Source: Anthoceros angustus (taxonomy: Eukaryota > Plantae > Anthocerotophyta). Taken from it: DNA of 64,000 nt. A program made the position numbers and the translations under genes. Shown one piece after another: positions 1 through 13,321 of this stretch. The stretch's first letter is position 1. The number at the start of each line of letters is the position of its first letter. A model generated the notes under the pieces. That model worked only from the letters and a program-made list of their open reading frames with translations. It searched no databases and was not told the origin of the DNA. The stretch covers positions 62,001 through 126,000 of the forward strand of contig MU008164.1 in the NCBI GenBank assembly GCA_010909165.1. The letters are read 5' to 3'.

Positions 1-113
1 GCAGCACGATTGAGGGGTTGAGGCTGATCACCTCTTTGCACGAAAGCAAAATAATGCCTCTCCTTTTTTCTTTCTTTCTCAAAATAATGTCGCTAGCGCT
101 TAAGTATTTTTCC

Positions 114-312
114 ATGATCAAGGAGCTGCCGGAGACGGGGATCCTCCCTGCCGTGCAGGATGATGGCGGGGACATGGAGTACTGGGGCTTGGATCCTGAG
201 TCAGGGTTTGTAACCTTAACGATGCAAGGCGCGTGCAGCGGCTGTCCCAGCTCCGCCGTCACTCCCCAGTCCGTCATTGAGAATATGAGACGTTAACACA
301 TCCGAAGTCCGT
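114..312 (+). pseudogene. NFU4: NifU-C (NFU4/NFU1-type Fe-S scaffold) C-terminal gene fragment
   Basis: Translation IKELPETGILPAVQDDGGDMEYWGLDPESGFVTLTMQGACSGCPSSAVT matches the NifU-C motif (IRPAVQDDGGDIEY...MQGACSGCPSS). There is no N-terminal domain upstream, and the frame breaks after ENM with a stop at 296. Confidence 0.7.
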
Positions 313-841
313 GGCTCTCTTAATTTTTGAGAAACGATGTATGTTGCTGGAGAAGTTCCGGCTCCTTCCCTTTTAGCACCATGCTCGCTCTCGCTCATGC
401 ATGGTCGTAATATCCTCAAGAAATGAACACACTTGAGAGAGATAAGACTACCTTTTACACTTTGCTACGTCTATAATCTGCATATGGCGATAATAACTAT
501 CACACTGCGTTGAAGATCTTAGTCCGTCGCGATGGTGATGTGTGCAGCCTCGCCCACCAAAAAGGGTAGGCATATCCCCGGCAATTGGGCTAAGCTAGCC
601 GACAATGATCCAATCTGGCCGAAGGTGTTGCGTTTCAAGCAAGCCCGTGCCAAGAACGGATAAGGGTTGGAAGTCCTTGACGCAGACCGTGAAGGCGGAG
701 AATCTGCTAACGAGCCCAGTTGTCTATACATATGTAGCACTATGAGGCCTGTTGCAGAAGTGAGTATGGCACGGTAGTGCCTTTGGAGGAATAAGGAAAA
801 TGTCTGTATGGTGGCCGGGAGAAGTCACTGAGATTTGAGTG

Positions 842-3800
842 ATGGAGTCACTTGGATTGCTCGTTTCCCCTACTTGCTCGGTAGCAAGGGTTTCTGAATC
901 TCTCTGGGGTCACAGGAAGGGATGGGAGGTCTCCCTTGGGTACAAGATGTGCCCGTGTGCACTCACAGTGACTGGTGGTGTGACAGGACTGAAGGAGTCT
1001 CTCTCAGTTGGGACATCAATCTCTGCCACCTTGTCCGCTGTGAGTGGTGGTGGGTCAAGGAGGGATCAGTTGGACTATTTTAGCTCAGGTGGTGGCAGCG
1101 ATGATGAGAGTGAGCTGCGAGAAGTTGTCAGTGGCGGACCCAGTTACTGTATAGAAGAAGATGCACGACGCATGCTGGAATGGCCTGTTGTTTGTGCTCA
1201 GGTTGCACAATTTGCGGCCACATCTGTGGGAGTGTCTATTGCGAGTAGTGGCAGGCTTACGATTGGCAAGACACGGAAAGAGAGTGAAGAGCTGTTGCAG
1301 CAAACAGCAGCTGCAGCTTCGCTCACTAATCAGCTGGACTTTTCAGGCATAGAGGATTTGCAAGATGTATTTGCAGATGTTATGGATGGGAATGTGTGCA
1401 GGGCACAAGACCTTTGTCGTGTCAGACGATCACTCTCTGCTGCACATCGACTGTACAACACGTTGCAGGAGCAAACTGGGCTACCTGTGGCTCCATTGCA
1501 AGCCATTCTGGCAGGCTGTAATCCTTGTACAGAATTAGAGAAGGACATTGAGTTTTGCATTGACTGCAGCTTTGCCACTGTGCTAGACCAGGCAAGTCCT
1601 TCTCTAGCATCAGCACGTCGCAGCAGGCAGGATAACATGAAGTTGCTCGAGTCTAGGCTGAAAGACACAGCTAATAAGATAGTGGATGCTGGAGGTATGG
1701 ACACCGCTTTGGTTACCAAGAGAAGGGCAAGATTGTGTGTTGCAGTGAGGGCATCACACAAATCACTCCTCCCTGGTGGGATTGTCCTTGATGTCAGTAA
1801 CACTGGGACCACCCTTTTCGTTGAACCAGACTTTGCTGTTCATCTCAACAATGCTGAAATGCAGCTTGCGGCAGCTGAAGAAGCTGAGGTAACTGCTGTG
1901 CTACGAAGGCTTTCCATTAAGCTGATCGATAAAGCAGAAGATATTTCCAGTTTATTGGAGCGGATCGTAGTTCTGGACCTGGCTTGTGCACGGGCTGCTC
2001 ATGCCAGGTGGTTACAAGCTGTTGAGCCTGTGTTCTCTAACCCTTGCAGAACGGAAGGTCAGGCGAAGAAGGGTCAATCTAGAAGGGAAACTGAAAGTTT
2101 CTTGGTACAGATATTAGGTGTTCGCCATCCCTTGCTGTTGGCTGCAGCTCTTCCCAAACCTGTTTCAACTCGAAATGTAAGATTCAGAAGGACAAGCGAG
2201 GCTTCTCTGAAAGAGAACAGGGAGGCTAATCTGCCTGTGCCAATCGACATTCTCGTCAAGTCTCAAGTGAAAGTGGTTACCATAACAGGACCCAATACAG
2301 GTGGAAAGACTGCTGCTTTGAAAACTTTGGGTGTGGTGGCTCTTATGGCGAAAGCAGGTCTTTTTCTGCCTGCTGCAGGAGAACCTAAGCTCCCTTGGTT
2401 CGAGGATGTTCTCGCAGACATTGGGGATGATCAGGTACAGCTAACTGGCTGACACTCGAGTCTCTAACTCCTCTTGCTTCAAGTGATGCAGGTCACATAC
2501 TTGACATACAATTTTTGACCTAGACTTGTGCTTCCTTGCCATGGCCAGTCGCTGCAGCGGAGTTTGTCAACATTCAGTGGGCACATACAGCGAGTTTGCA
2601 AGATTCTGGAAGCTGGTAGTCGAGAGGCATTGGTTCTTTTGGATGAAGTGGGAGGGGGCACTGATCCCTCAGAAGGAGCAGCTCTGGCGACGGCTTTGCT
2701 GCGACACCTGGCTTCGACTGTTTGTTTGACCCTTGCAACAACACACAGTGCAGAGTTGAGGACATTAAAAAATCAGGATTCTCGGTTTGAGAATGCTTCA
2801 GTGGAGTTCGACATCAAAACATTGTCTCCAACTTACAGAGTTCTATGGGGTATTGCAGGTCAGTCAAATGCTCTAAACATAGCAGCATCTCTAAAATTTG
2901 ATGCTGCTGTTATTGAACGTGCCCGGCATTTGGTGAAGCAATTATCACCATCTAAGCTTGGGGTTCGTGCAAGTGAGGTTATGGTACCACTAGTTAAACA
3001 GCTTGATGAGCAACGTCAGCTGGTGAAAGGAGCTGCTGACGCTCTTTCCAATGCTCGCGAATTACACAGTCAGGTAAGGAAGTAAGGGGATATGGCATCA
3101 CTTCCAGTGTCAGGATTTCCTTTTCGTCTCAGCGCTGCAGTTCAATGAATAACTCCTAGTCCATTTTTTGATGTTCAGCTGTTATCCCAGTTGGATGAGG
3201 CGGTAAAGCAGGAGACAGCTCTTAAGCGAACGAGGTTGACGGTTCTCAATGAAAAAATTGCAAATGGTAAACAGCGGATGGATAATGTCGTTCTCAGGTA
3301 CCAGATGTCCTTACAAGGAGATGGATCGGACAACACATTGTCCATGCGAGATGCCCAGAATGCCATAGCCCAAATAGCTGCAGAGCTTACTGCAGACTTT
3401 GACCCAGAACCACCCAGAGGAGCTGTTGGCACGTTTAGAGTATCAGATGTTCAAGCACCAGCTGTGGGATCCAAAGTCTATGTCCGACGGCTGGGGAAAG
3501 TGCCTGCAACTGTGGTCGAAGTTCTACCGGGTAGCAACTACATTTCAGTGCAGCTGGGCAGCATGAAACTCAGTGTGCGAACAGATGAAGTCTCACACAG
3601 GATGGGTACTTCTGTCACTCCTGTCCCCCAAACTCCGGTTCAGAACAAGGTAAACTCACCAAGCCACAACTGTGCTTCACTCATGTTGAGATTGTCTATC
3701 TGGTGATGGGGTTCTGCAGTTGTTGAATCTGCTGTGTTTCGAACTGCAGCCAGTGAGGCGGCCAGATCTTCGACTTACAGAGGAGCAACCTGGGAGCAAG

Positions 3801-4067
3801 GATGGCTCGCCCACCTTCGGAGTTGCAGTGCAAACTTCGAAGAACTCCTTAGATCTCCGTGGAATGCGAGTGGATGACGCGGAAAGGGAGTTAAGTCTGG
3901 CTCTTGCTAGCAGGCCCCCCTTGTCTACGCTGTTCGTCATCCATGGTATAGGCACTGGTGCTGTCAAAGAGGCGGTGTTGAAAGTGCTGAGGAAGCACCC
4001 ACACGTTGCCAAGTACGAGGATGAGAGTACTCTGAATGCAGGATGCACAATCGTGTTTATCAAGTGA
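842..4067 (+). CDS. MUTS2: MutS2 family protein (P-loop ATPase + C-terminal Smr domain), probably plastid-targeted
   Basis: Four exons with GT-AG sites: 842-2434, 2549-3073, 3179-3649, 3750-4067. Motifs: ITGPNTGGKT, DIGDDQ|SLQRSLSTFSGH, LLDEVGGGTDPSEG, TTH, and Smr LDLRGMRV...IHGIGTGAVK. Confidence 0.92.
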
Positions 4068-4548
4068 GATTGCTCGTCACAAGTTTTTTCCAGATGCTGC
4101 TTGCTGCCTTGATGACGCACGTACTACATATTACACGCCCTCGAGCATGCACGATCCATGGTCGTCAAACCACCTTCAATCCCTCTTGTTAAAGTAACAT
4201 ATCTGCCTTCTTCCGTTCGCTGAATTCTCGCACACTTTTGGGTGGAGATGAATAGCATTCCGAGAATGCATTGTATGTACATGCAATGCTGAACCTGCGT
4301 TTCAATGGATGATCTTGGGTATGTGCACACTTGGGGACTCGACGTCGGGGGACGTCCCTGATGACCCATCTCTTGAACGCGATCCACTGTAGACTGTGTC
4401 AAGACAGTTCTCGATGTTCACAATGCTTAACTGACTTTGATATCAGGCTATGCGGCATTGATCTGAAGCTGTACAGCTCAAAGTTGTAAAATGTTCATTG
4501 AACTAGTTACGTCCGTTTAGGCTTAGGCTGCACATAATCTCCATGCTT

Positions 4549-7500
4549 TCACTGCTCCAACTCGTCACCAAGAGGCTGTTTTCTGTTGTTGAAAGCGCGT
4601 AGGAAGCCATCCAGTTTGCTCTGACGTAGAGGAGAAGTGAAGGACATTTTCGCCAGCTGAGAGCTGGCCACAAGCTGGGATGGCTGCTGGTCATCTGCTG
4701 CTACTTGCAGTGTTGCTTCACGTCCATCCAGGACCTAACACCAACAGTCAGGAGGGGAGATTAGACATCGAGAGACAACAGAAGCATAACAAGCAAAGAA
4801 AATCGTGGTATCTAAAGTTGTAAAAAGATTCGTCTCCCCGGTTCTTCTGATTTATTTTCAGAATATACCAAATTAAAAAAATCTAAAGTTGTAAAGGCGA
4901 ACCTGGCCCAAATTCTCCAGCTTATGCCGCACCATATCCCTGCATGCGGCAACACGATGTCAGAAGCGTCATTTACCGGAGCTGCTGATGGGTTAGGGCT
5001 GTTTAGCTGTGTGGCATAAAACTGGTTCAGCTGAGAAAGTAGAGAGCAGATGCATGGGTACCAGATGATGCTGTCGATTGTATCATGAGCGTGCAGGTAA
5101 TAGACGTTCACCGCAGACTCCTGTACGAGAGCATCATGAGAAGGGGAAATTGCAGAGAACAGACTTTCAGGTACAGACTAAAGAGAAGTATTGCAGACGA
5201 GAGTACCTGACCAATCCCAAGAGAATTACTGCAGACAAGAGTACCTGACCAATCCGATGTGCACGATCTTCAGCCTGCACCAAGTCTCCAGGAGTCCAGC
5301 TCATCTCAGCAAAGATCACTGTACTCGCCGCTGTAAGGGTCAAGCCCACTCCAGCTGCCCGAATCCCAAGCTGCAAGTCCAGCACATTATTAGCGCTACA
5401 AAGGGATCACATTTCCACAGTGCATTTGTGAGGCTTGCTACGATGTTGCTCACCACTGCTGCCTTCACGTTGTCCTCAGTTTGAAATGTTTCAACTAGCT
5501 TGTGCCGAGAGGATACTGGGGTGTTGCCATCTATTCTTATGCACATGACCTTTTTCTTCTGAAAAGGTCAAAGCACAAAGTTAACTAGTTCCTGACGCCA
5601 GTATTGTGAGAAGAATATGAATCCCAAATTTAAAATGGCAAGGTTCGGCTCTGTCACCTGCAAGAAGTCATGAATGCCATCCAACATGCTCATGTGGTGG
5701 GCAAAAATGAGGAACTTGCAGTCAGCCTGTGAGACCGTAGTAGACACATCATGCATTAGATGAAGGCTCCTTCAAGCAGGCAACGTTGGCTAAGATGAGC
5801 TGGGCAAGACGTGAACCTCAAGAACTGTAGCAAGGTACTCGTGGACAGCCGGGATTTTGGCCACAGCTGACTCGGCATATATCTGGCCAAATATCAGATG
5901 TGAGAGTGGCAACAATAGCATTACAAACCAGAAAGCAGAAACATGGTTTGATCCTAACAGACCTTAGTCAAGAGGTTGCGCTCTGCAAACTTCAGCTTCT
6001 CCAGATCTCCCGGCTCCTGGGGGTTTAGCATGCCTTCTTTCACTCCCTTCAGCTGCAAAGCAGTCAATAATCTTGTTACACTTTACTCAAACAACCTCTG
6101 TTCACAAGGTTACAGCAGATAAGGCTACGACAAGCGCACTTCTTCATTAGGCTGGAACAGTTATCGAGTCATAGCATGAAAAATCAATGCAGACTTCTCT
6201 CCAAACCTGGTGAAAAAAAGCTCGCAATTGTTTCGTGCTTTTCACATCAACAGTAAGAAACACCTGCATAGCAAGAACAATCATCAACACAAGAGAATGG
6301 GATACATGATTTTTGATAGGTTGGATCAAGAAACTCCTTTGACATGCAAGAAAAGCTTTCATCCCCCACCTGTTGCCGGCGTTTCCTAGGAAGTTGTGTC
6401 AGCACATCCTTCTTAAGTCTGCGAATCATTACAGTTGACTTGATCAACGCATGCAACTCCTCATGATTACTGGCCCCTTGCCAAGCCCCAAACGCACCCT
6501 GCAAACAGCAAGAAATGAGCAATCTACGTACAGCACATGTATCTGACCAATTCACAGTAACTTGATATATGAAACGAAGCAGGTGAGGAAGCCTTACACC
6601 CTGGCAGTAGCGGTTGCCATACTCGCTTACTTCTCGATAAACACTTGGGTACAGAGCTTCAAGCTTCTCATGCATTGAAAAACAAAAATCTTAAGTATCC
6701 AAGTGCGCACACTGACAAACTCGTGTATTCAAATATCCAAGTATCCAAGTACCCCCATTGACTGACCCACAACAATTGCAGCATACCTGTTTGAACAGCT
6801 CAATAGGCCGAGATAATGCGGGGGTTCCAGTCAACAGCACGGCATACTTTGCTTTCTGTGTGTCACAAGAAGAATTGCCATGGCAACTTCATCAGCCCAA
6901 CAAACTGCTTCAGACACTACAAGGGGAAGCCCAGGATCATTCAAAACAAACAGACATTGTATGTATGCATGGATGCATTATCATGTGCCATTCATGAATC
7001 CCGGGAACTCAACAGTACTTAATAGCACGAAATCAGATGCATACTTGCAATAGGGGTACACAAGCATTAGTTCTCTTTGCTTTTGCATTCTTCATGTAGT
7101 GAGACTCATCGGCAATAACTACCTGGGCAGCACAGTTGCAAAACAAGGTACATTAGAGGCACGGTTTTCATTCAAGCAGCATGGTCCAGACAAGAAACAG
7201 GGCAAAATTGCTTCCGTTCATACTTTGAAACTCAAATCGACATGCTCATCCACCAACTTCTGCACAATATCATATGAGATAATGTTGAATTTTCTGTCCA
7301 ATCGGATGGTATGCTTTCCAGCTGACAGCACAATGTTGAAGCCATCAGGATTGGATCCCATTGTGCTGGACATCACAACCTGATAGTGGCCACATCAGCT
7401 TCACAACTGCGTACTGAAACATCCATCCTACATTTTGAAACGTGAAAGAAACCCTTACTGTTATCTGTGAACAGGAAATATGAAGCCACTGATTTATCAT

Positions 7501-10500
7501 CTGCAAGAACATGAAACAACGCTCAGAAGTTGTGAGCAAAGTTCAACGCGAGGAAACCCAGCCTTGGTATGAAAATACTCACTGCTGCCCAATGTATCCT
7601 CAACGATGGCGGAACAATAATCAAGACTGGCCAGTCTTCCTCAAGGCAGGAAGCGACAGCGATTGCCTGCCACACAACAATAGCGGTTCAGCCTTCTGCA
7701 TCCTACCAGCAGGGAGGGTTGGAGGGGTGTGTTGAGTTCAAATAGGTGCAACCAATGCCACGTTCAAAGACGTTGACCACAGATGTGATCTATATGCAAC
7801 GAGACATACATGGCAAGATCAAACCTGCAAAGTTTTTCCTAAACCCATTTCGTCACCAATAAGTACCCTTCCCCCATGTTGCAATGCAAACCTGATGAGC
7901 AACCACAGTAATAAAATCCAGGCTGTTACCAAGAAGCTAGAGAACAGAAAAGATTGCAGAACAGGCCAGCAAGAGTACGAGCAGTTTGCTCACCTAACTC
8001 CCTCCTTCTGAAAAGGCATCAAAACTGTTTTCAGGTGGTCTGGAATGTTTGTGTACTTCTCTGCACCGGAGAACTCAATTCTTTACAAACAGGGAGAAAA
8101 CGTTTGTTTGCATCCTGAATCCATGAATACAAAGTAGGAGCAAGAATAAATCGCGATAGAAAAAAAGTAGGAGCAAGAATAACTGACTACCTTCAAGGTT
8201 GGGAAGGGCTGCAGATGCTTGGACTGCACGGCGGACCAGAGGGTCCAATGATAAGACCTAATGTGCAGAACAAAAGACAGCCAAATGAAACGCTTTGAAA
8301 TGGCAGTTGAAAAGGGAGTTCAAAGAGAGTGCAAGGAAACTGATTTAGGACGCTGCCTACCGTCACTTTCACACCCTTCACGTTTCCTAGGATTTTCTCG
8401 GCTTCTGCCAAAGAAGAGAGAGGGAACATCCATGCACTGCAGAAATGTGAGAAGGAGATGCAGTACCTAGTTAGTCCAACACACACAAAAGGGATATTTC
8501 AAGAAATTTCAAGATATTGCAAGAAATTTCAGTCTGACCTCCAACTTGTGTTCCAACTTGCATGTGGAATGTTTCGCATGGCAGCTGTGACATCCTGAAA
8601 GTGTAGGGCATCATTAAACATGCTAAAGTCCAATGCTTGCTGAAAAGTTGGGAGGAGACACACCACACGCTTGCCTGTTGGTACTCAAACCTTGCAATTA
8701 TTTGACCACTGCTATGCAGCATCAACTTTACAGTGCAGCTTCCCATAGAAGGAGCTACTTCATAATCCAGCATAAGCCGGCGCTTGCGACTTGGAGCAAA
8801 CAGCTCTTGATCGTTAAGACTTAGCTCTTCACGAGGTGACTCGTATGCACCTTGCATACTGGATTGAGTGTTATCTACATAAGGAAATGCAATGTTGCAG
8901 ATAACCATATACATGAAGAGCAACAGTGAGCATGTTACGAAAGGGTTGGTGACAAATCCTCACCATCTCTCTCTCCAAGCATGCATGGGATCTCCAAGGG
9001 AGGCACTGCATCAATCTGGAAAACCAACAGCTGTTTGAGGGACTGCACTGCTTTCGATCTCATTGCTCCAAGAAGTGTGGCAAGCTTCAGAAACATGAAT
9101 AGATAATAATGAAGAATGCTGGCAGACTGATGGCCAAGAGGAACACACACATTTACCTGGACATCCACATCAGGCAGAGATCTCAACAATCGTGCCACTT
9201 CTGTCAAGGCAGAGGAAGGAAACTTCCATACTCTGCAGATCAGATACTCAAGGTGTCACTGGGCTTAGACATTGGAGCAACTGGCATTCATAAGATCAAA
9301 GCGAAATGCATTAGACCGTGCAAAGTCTCCAAACAAGTGCACACAAGGGACCTGTCATCAGAATGCCATCGTGCAGAAGGGATGGTCCTCATGGCAGCCA
9401 CTACATCCTGATGCAACAGAAAGATGATAAGAAGATGATGTAGACAAGAACTCCCAATACATTACTAGAGAGTGCATGATCATGTACAAGTTTCATTACC
9501 AGCACTGAACAAACGTGCTAGTAATTGAGATACAGAGAAACTGAATACAACCTGCTGGTAGTCAAACTTAGCGGCTATCTGGCTGTCCGCACATTGCGAA
9601 AGGCTTACAGAGCAGCTGCACTTTTTAAAATACCCCAGTTGTGGAGGAGAATCTGAAACAGTCTGGACGAGAGTGCTTGAGAATCTTGCAGTGTCTGCGG
9701 ACAATGTGAGATAACCACCAATTAGCTAACCTGAACAGCTAACCTGACTTTTCATAAGCAAGGAAGGTGGATTACTCACCCACATCTCTTTGAACCTCTG
9801 GCAATTCCAGAGGAGGCACTGCTTCTATCTGAGGTTCATCACAGAAAGCCCACTCATTAGCACATGCGCTGCTACAAGGCCCAACTGATGTAGGTCAGGT
9901 ACTACAAAGCACAAGCACCTGGATGTTTAGAGATACTTGTTGAAGTGCCTGCATGAGAGATGGCAACTCCTCAATTGGGAACGTCCACACCCTGAACACA
10001 ACAAATCAAGCATGAAATACTAAACCACCTGTCTGTACTGCATGAGGCAGAAGCTTTCCAATCGAACTGCAAAAGGACAGGGAAGGGGACATGGAAGTAC
10101 TTGTTACCGACATCCCACTTCCTTCCTGCAACAGATTGGTATGCCAGCTTCAGTGCCTGCAAGAAACGTGATGATCTGAACAGATCCAAAATGCCCAAAG
10201 GAAATTTCCCGCATGACTTGACATCCCCAACCTGATTGTATGGGCTTCGAGCCGCAATTACACCGGGCCCTACTATTACAATTTCCACTTTTAGCGCTGA
10301 TGGACTTCCTGCAGGCTTCAACTTCCCAGGAGTTCCAGGTAACTTCACAGGAGAGGCCTCAGAAACCTGCTGGGGTTTCAGGGGACTGTTTAGCTGTACC
10401 CTGTCTAGCACTGCCCACAGAGAGCTACGTCAACTTGAGCACGGAAAATTTTTTGGAAAGAGAATTTCTCCAATCTAAAGCAAAGTACAGCAATCACCTG

Positions 10501-11194
10501 AACCCCGGAGACTATCGTCTGGTGGCCCGGTCAGTGTAAGCGGGGGTACCACGGTCAGCTGGACGACCAGGCCATAACCCATGTCAGACAATGCAATCAG
10601 GAAGGGAAAAAAGGAGAAAACAAAAATATCTTGCAATCACAAACATCATGCACTTCGTCCATACAGAGCCAATGGACGAGGAGACAGACGAAAATGCCAC
10701 CCCTAGTTGCCCTGAGCAAGCCAACGGGAACGTCCACACCCTGCAAAAGCACAACAAGACTTAGCACGGGCCCAAAGAATGTAGCAGAGTCGCAGAATCG
10801 AGGTCACCAACACGTACCTCCTCTGCTGATTCCACTCATGGCCAGGAACCGATTTCAGCGCCTTCAGCACGTCCTGAACGCCACAAATTCACACAATTCG
10901 TTCAGCTCAGCTGGGGAGGACAAGCTCAAGCTTCTGTCACCGAAAACATCTAAAACCTACCGGAGAATACTGCATTTCCACCACAATTCTTCCAGTTCCA
11001 GGCATATCATGGAACACCTTTACAGACACCCTCTTGCCATGCCCCCCGACTTTGCGCGGAGAGCTGTAAGGAGACAAGGAGGAAGACGCAGTGCTGGTGC
11101 TGGCTCGCCTCTCCGCAACCTGCCGAAAGGCGCTCCTCTCTAGCGAATCCAGCTCAGCCAAGGAGACGTCGTCCGTCCAGTCATCTCCAGCCAT
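4549..11194 (-). CDS. SMARCAL1: SMARCAL1/CHR18-like SNF2 annealing helicase with four N-terminal HARP-like repeats
   Basis: Start [20 protein letters not shown] at 11194. SNF2 motifs: [61 protein letters not shown]-like [22 protein letters not shown]-terminal [10 protein letters not shown] then TGA at 4549-4551. Multi-exon; not every internal exon was traced. Confidence 0.88.
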
Positions 11195-13321
11195 GGTGAG
11201 CCAGCCTTCAGGCTGGGATTTCATAGACAAGGCGACACCGCCTGCCCTGCGCGGCGGAGGCAAGCGCCCGGATGCACCCAAAACCCTGCACCATGCTCCC
11301 GCACCATGCGCAGCTCTCAACATGGCAAGCAGCAATCCTTGGCTTCGTCCCCGCATTCGCACCCCCAGGCAAAGAACGAAGACGCGATTAACCCCATATT
11401 GCAGCTGCTAAGCGCGCTGCACGGATAATAAGTCGGCTGCTTTGGCTATGTCTTCAAACTCGGGATCGGCTGATTCAATTTTGAAATGGAGCGTGAAACC
11501 GCGACGTCGGAAATGGGCCCCCCAGGCAGGCGGAGCTGGAACTGGAGCTGCAGCGTCCGCCCGCCAGTTTTCGCATCTGTCCGGAAGTGCAACTTGCCGG
11601 GACGGTCCAGCAGGCTGCTCCTGCCTGCCGCTGCCTTTGCAGTTTCTTTTAATACACACGTAGCACGGCAGGATTGGATTGAGCCCTCCCTCGCCGTCCA
11701 CGGTCGGAGTCCGGACTCGACATTGAAGCTGTCGGCGCCACGTCCTGTCCTGCGTCTTGGGACGAGCTGAATTTGGAGTCGAGACGAATCGAGTCGAGTG
11801 CAGTGCAGTGCAGTGCGCATGCTTGGGAACAATTTCAAGAAGCGCTGTGGCGTCTTCGGCGGGGGAGGGAAGAAATGGAAGAAGCAGCTTGGGACGGCGA
11901 GAAAGCTTTGCACAGATTACGAAGCGGCGAGTCTCCCTGTGCAAGAAAGGCGTTGCGGATTAGAGTGGCTACTCCCGAGAGTGCCTCGCTCGGAAACCGG
12001 AAGCAAGCTCATGGCAGGATATGGGAGCAGCAGCGGGAGCGGCAGGTGCAGGAGGAGGAGGAGGCTGAGGTGGAGGAGGCTCTGATTCTTGACGGTTGCA
12101 CCAGGCGGAGCCAGCGGATTGCAGCTCGCTTAGCCGGATCGGACGAATTTCCTCTGCGAAGGGACACGCATGGCGGCTGGAGGATCTGGCCTCTGCAGGA
12201 AGCGCCGGGGGGACTAAGCAGCACAGGGCGAGTCCCCGTGCAACGGCGGCTGCTGGTGATGCTGCTGTTGTTGTTGCCGTGTACCCCTTGAGGATCAAGG
12301 CTGGGAAGGTGAAGCAGCGGGATTCGCCTCTACGGGAGAGCGCACCGAAGAAGGATCCTTCGCTCGGGGTGGATGTCTCTGCAGCTCCGCGGTTAGCAGG
12401 GCCTTCTCGAGGAAGTCCTCAGATCCCAAGCATGCGGCGGGTGAGATGGTGGGATGAGGTAATGGCACTCATTTTCTCCAGATGGTGGAGAAAATCTTGT
12501 CGGCTGGCGATTACATCTTCACCAGACCATGTGCTTGGGATGCTTGCAGGTGGACAAGGAGAACGAGCAGTGCAGCATGCCACAGCTTGCCCGGAAGGAA
12601 AACCATGGAAAACTCAAATCTTGCTCCGTGTCAGCCAAATTACGCCATCCCTTGGTATCTTCCTCGAATTTTTCGCACGAAATTTCGTCTGAGATTGCCT
12701 CTTTTCATGAGCTTCCTTGCAGTTTGAATGGTTGTTTGAACGCTTGTTTTGTTTGTTTGCAGAAGAACGGTTCAGGCTCGGGGCCCTTGCTAGAGCTGAA
12801 GAGAAGGCCATTGTCGCTCTAACTCGGGCTCTCATTCATGCTTTTACTTGTAACATGTTAGTACTTAACTCTTTCTGATCTCGTTGTGGGCAGTCCTCGA
12901 TGGATTGTGCATGTATGTACTCATATATCATCTTATTTCCAACTTCCAAGTACTTAGCAAGCAAATGCTGTCTTTTGTTCTTGTTCTTGCTTTGTACTTG
13001 TACATTCAGGAACCTTGAACCTTCCTCCGGGTGATGTGCATTTGAGCCCGCTACTGAATGGGCAAACCTGTTTTCTAGTAAGGTGGATGAAGTGCTGGCT
13101 TCTTACCACTATACCTATTCAAGAGTTGTGGAAGGACAAGCTACAGACTATGTTTTCCTCATTCCTTGTTTTGTCATTCCTTGTCTTGATTTCCGTTGTA
13201 CGTATGTTCGATCTACCGATTACATATTTGTAGAAACTGGGACAGACCTATCCGCAAGAGTAAGCTTCCGCGGGACACAAATAAATGGTTTACAGCATGT
13301 AGGTTATTCATCAAGGCATTT

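Noticed and set aside
519-830. Short ORFs upstream of MutS2
   Set aside because: No recognisable homology or consistent splice pattern.
11408-12300. Many overlapping 70-200 aa ORFs on both strands
   Set aside because: Expected from the high GC content; none shows a recognisable domain.
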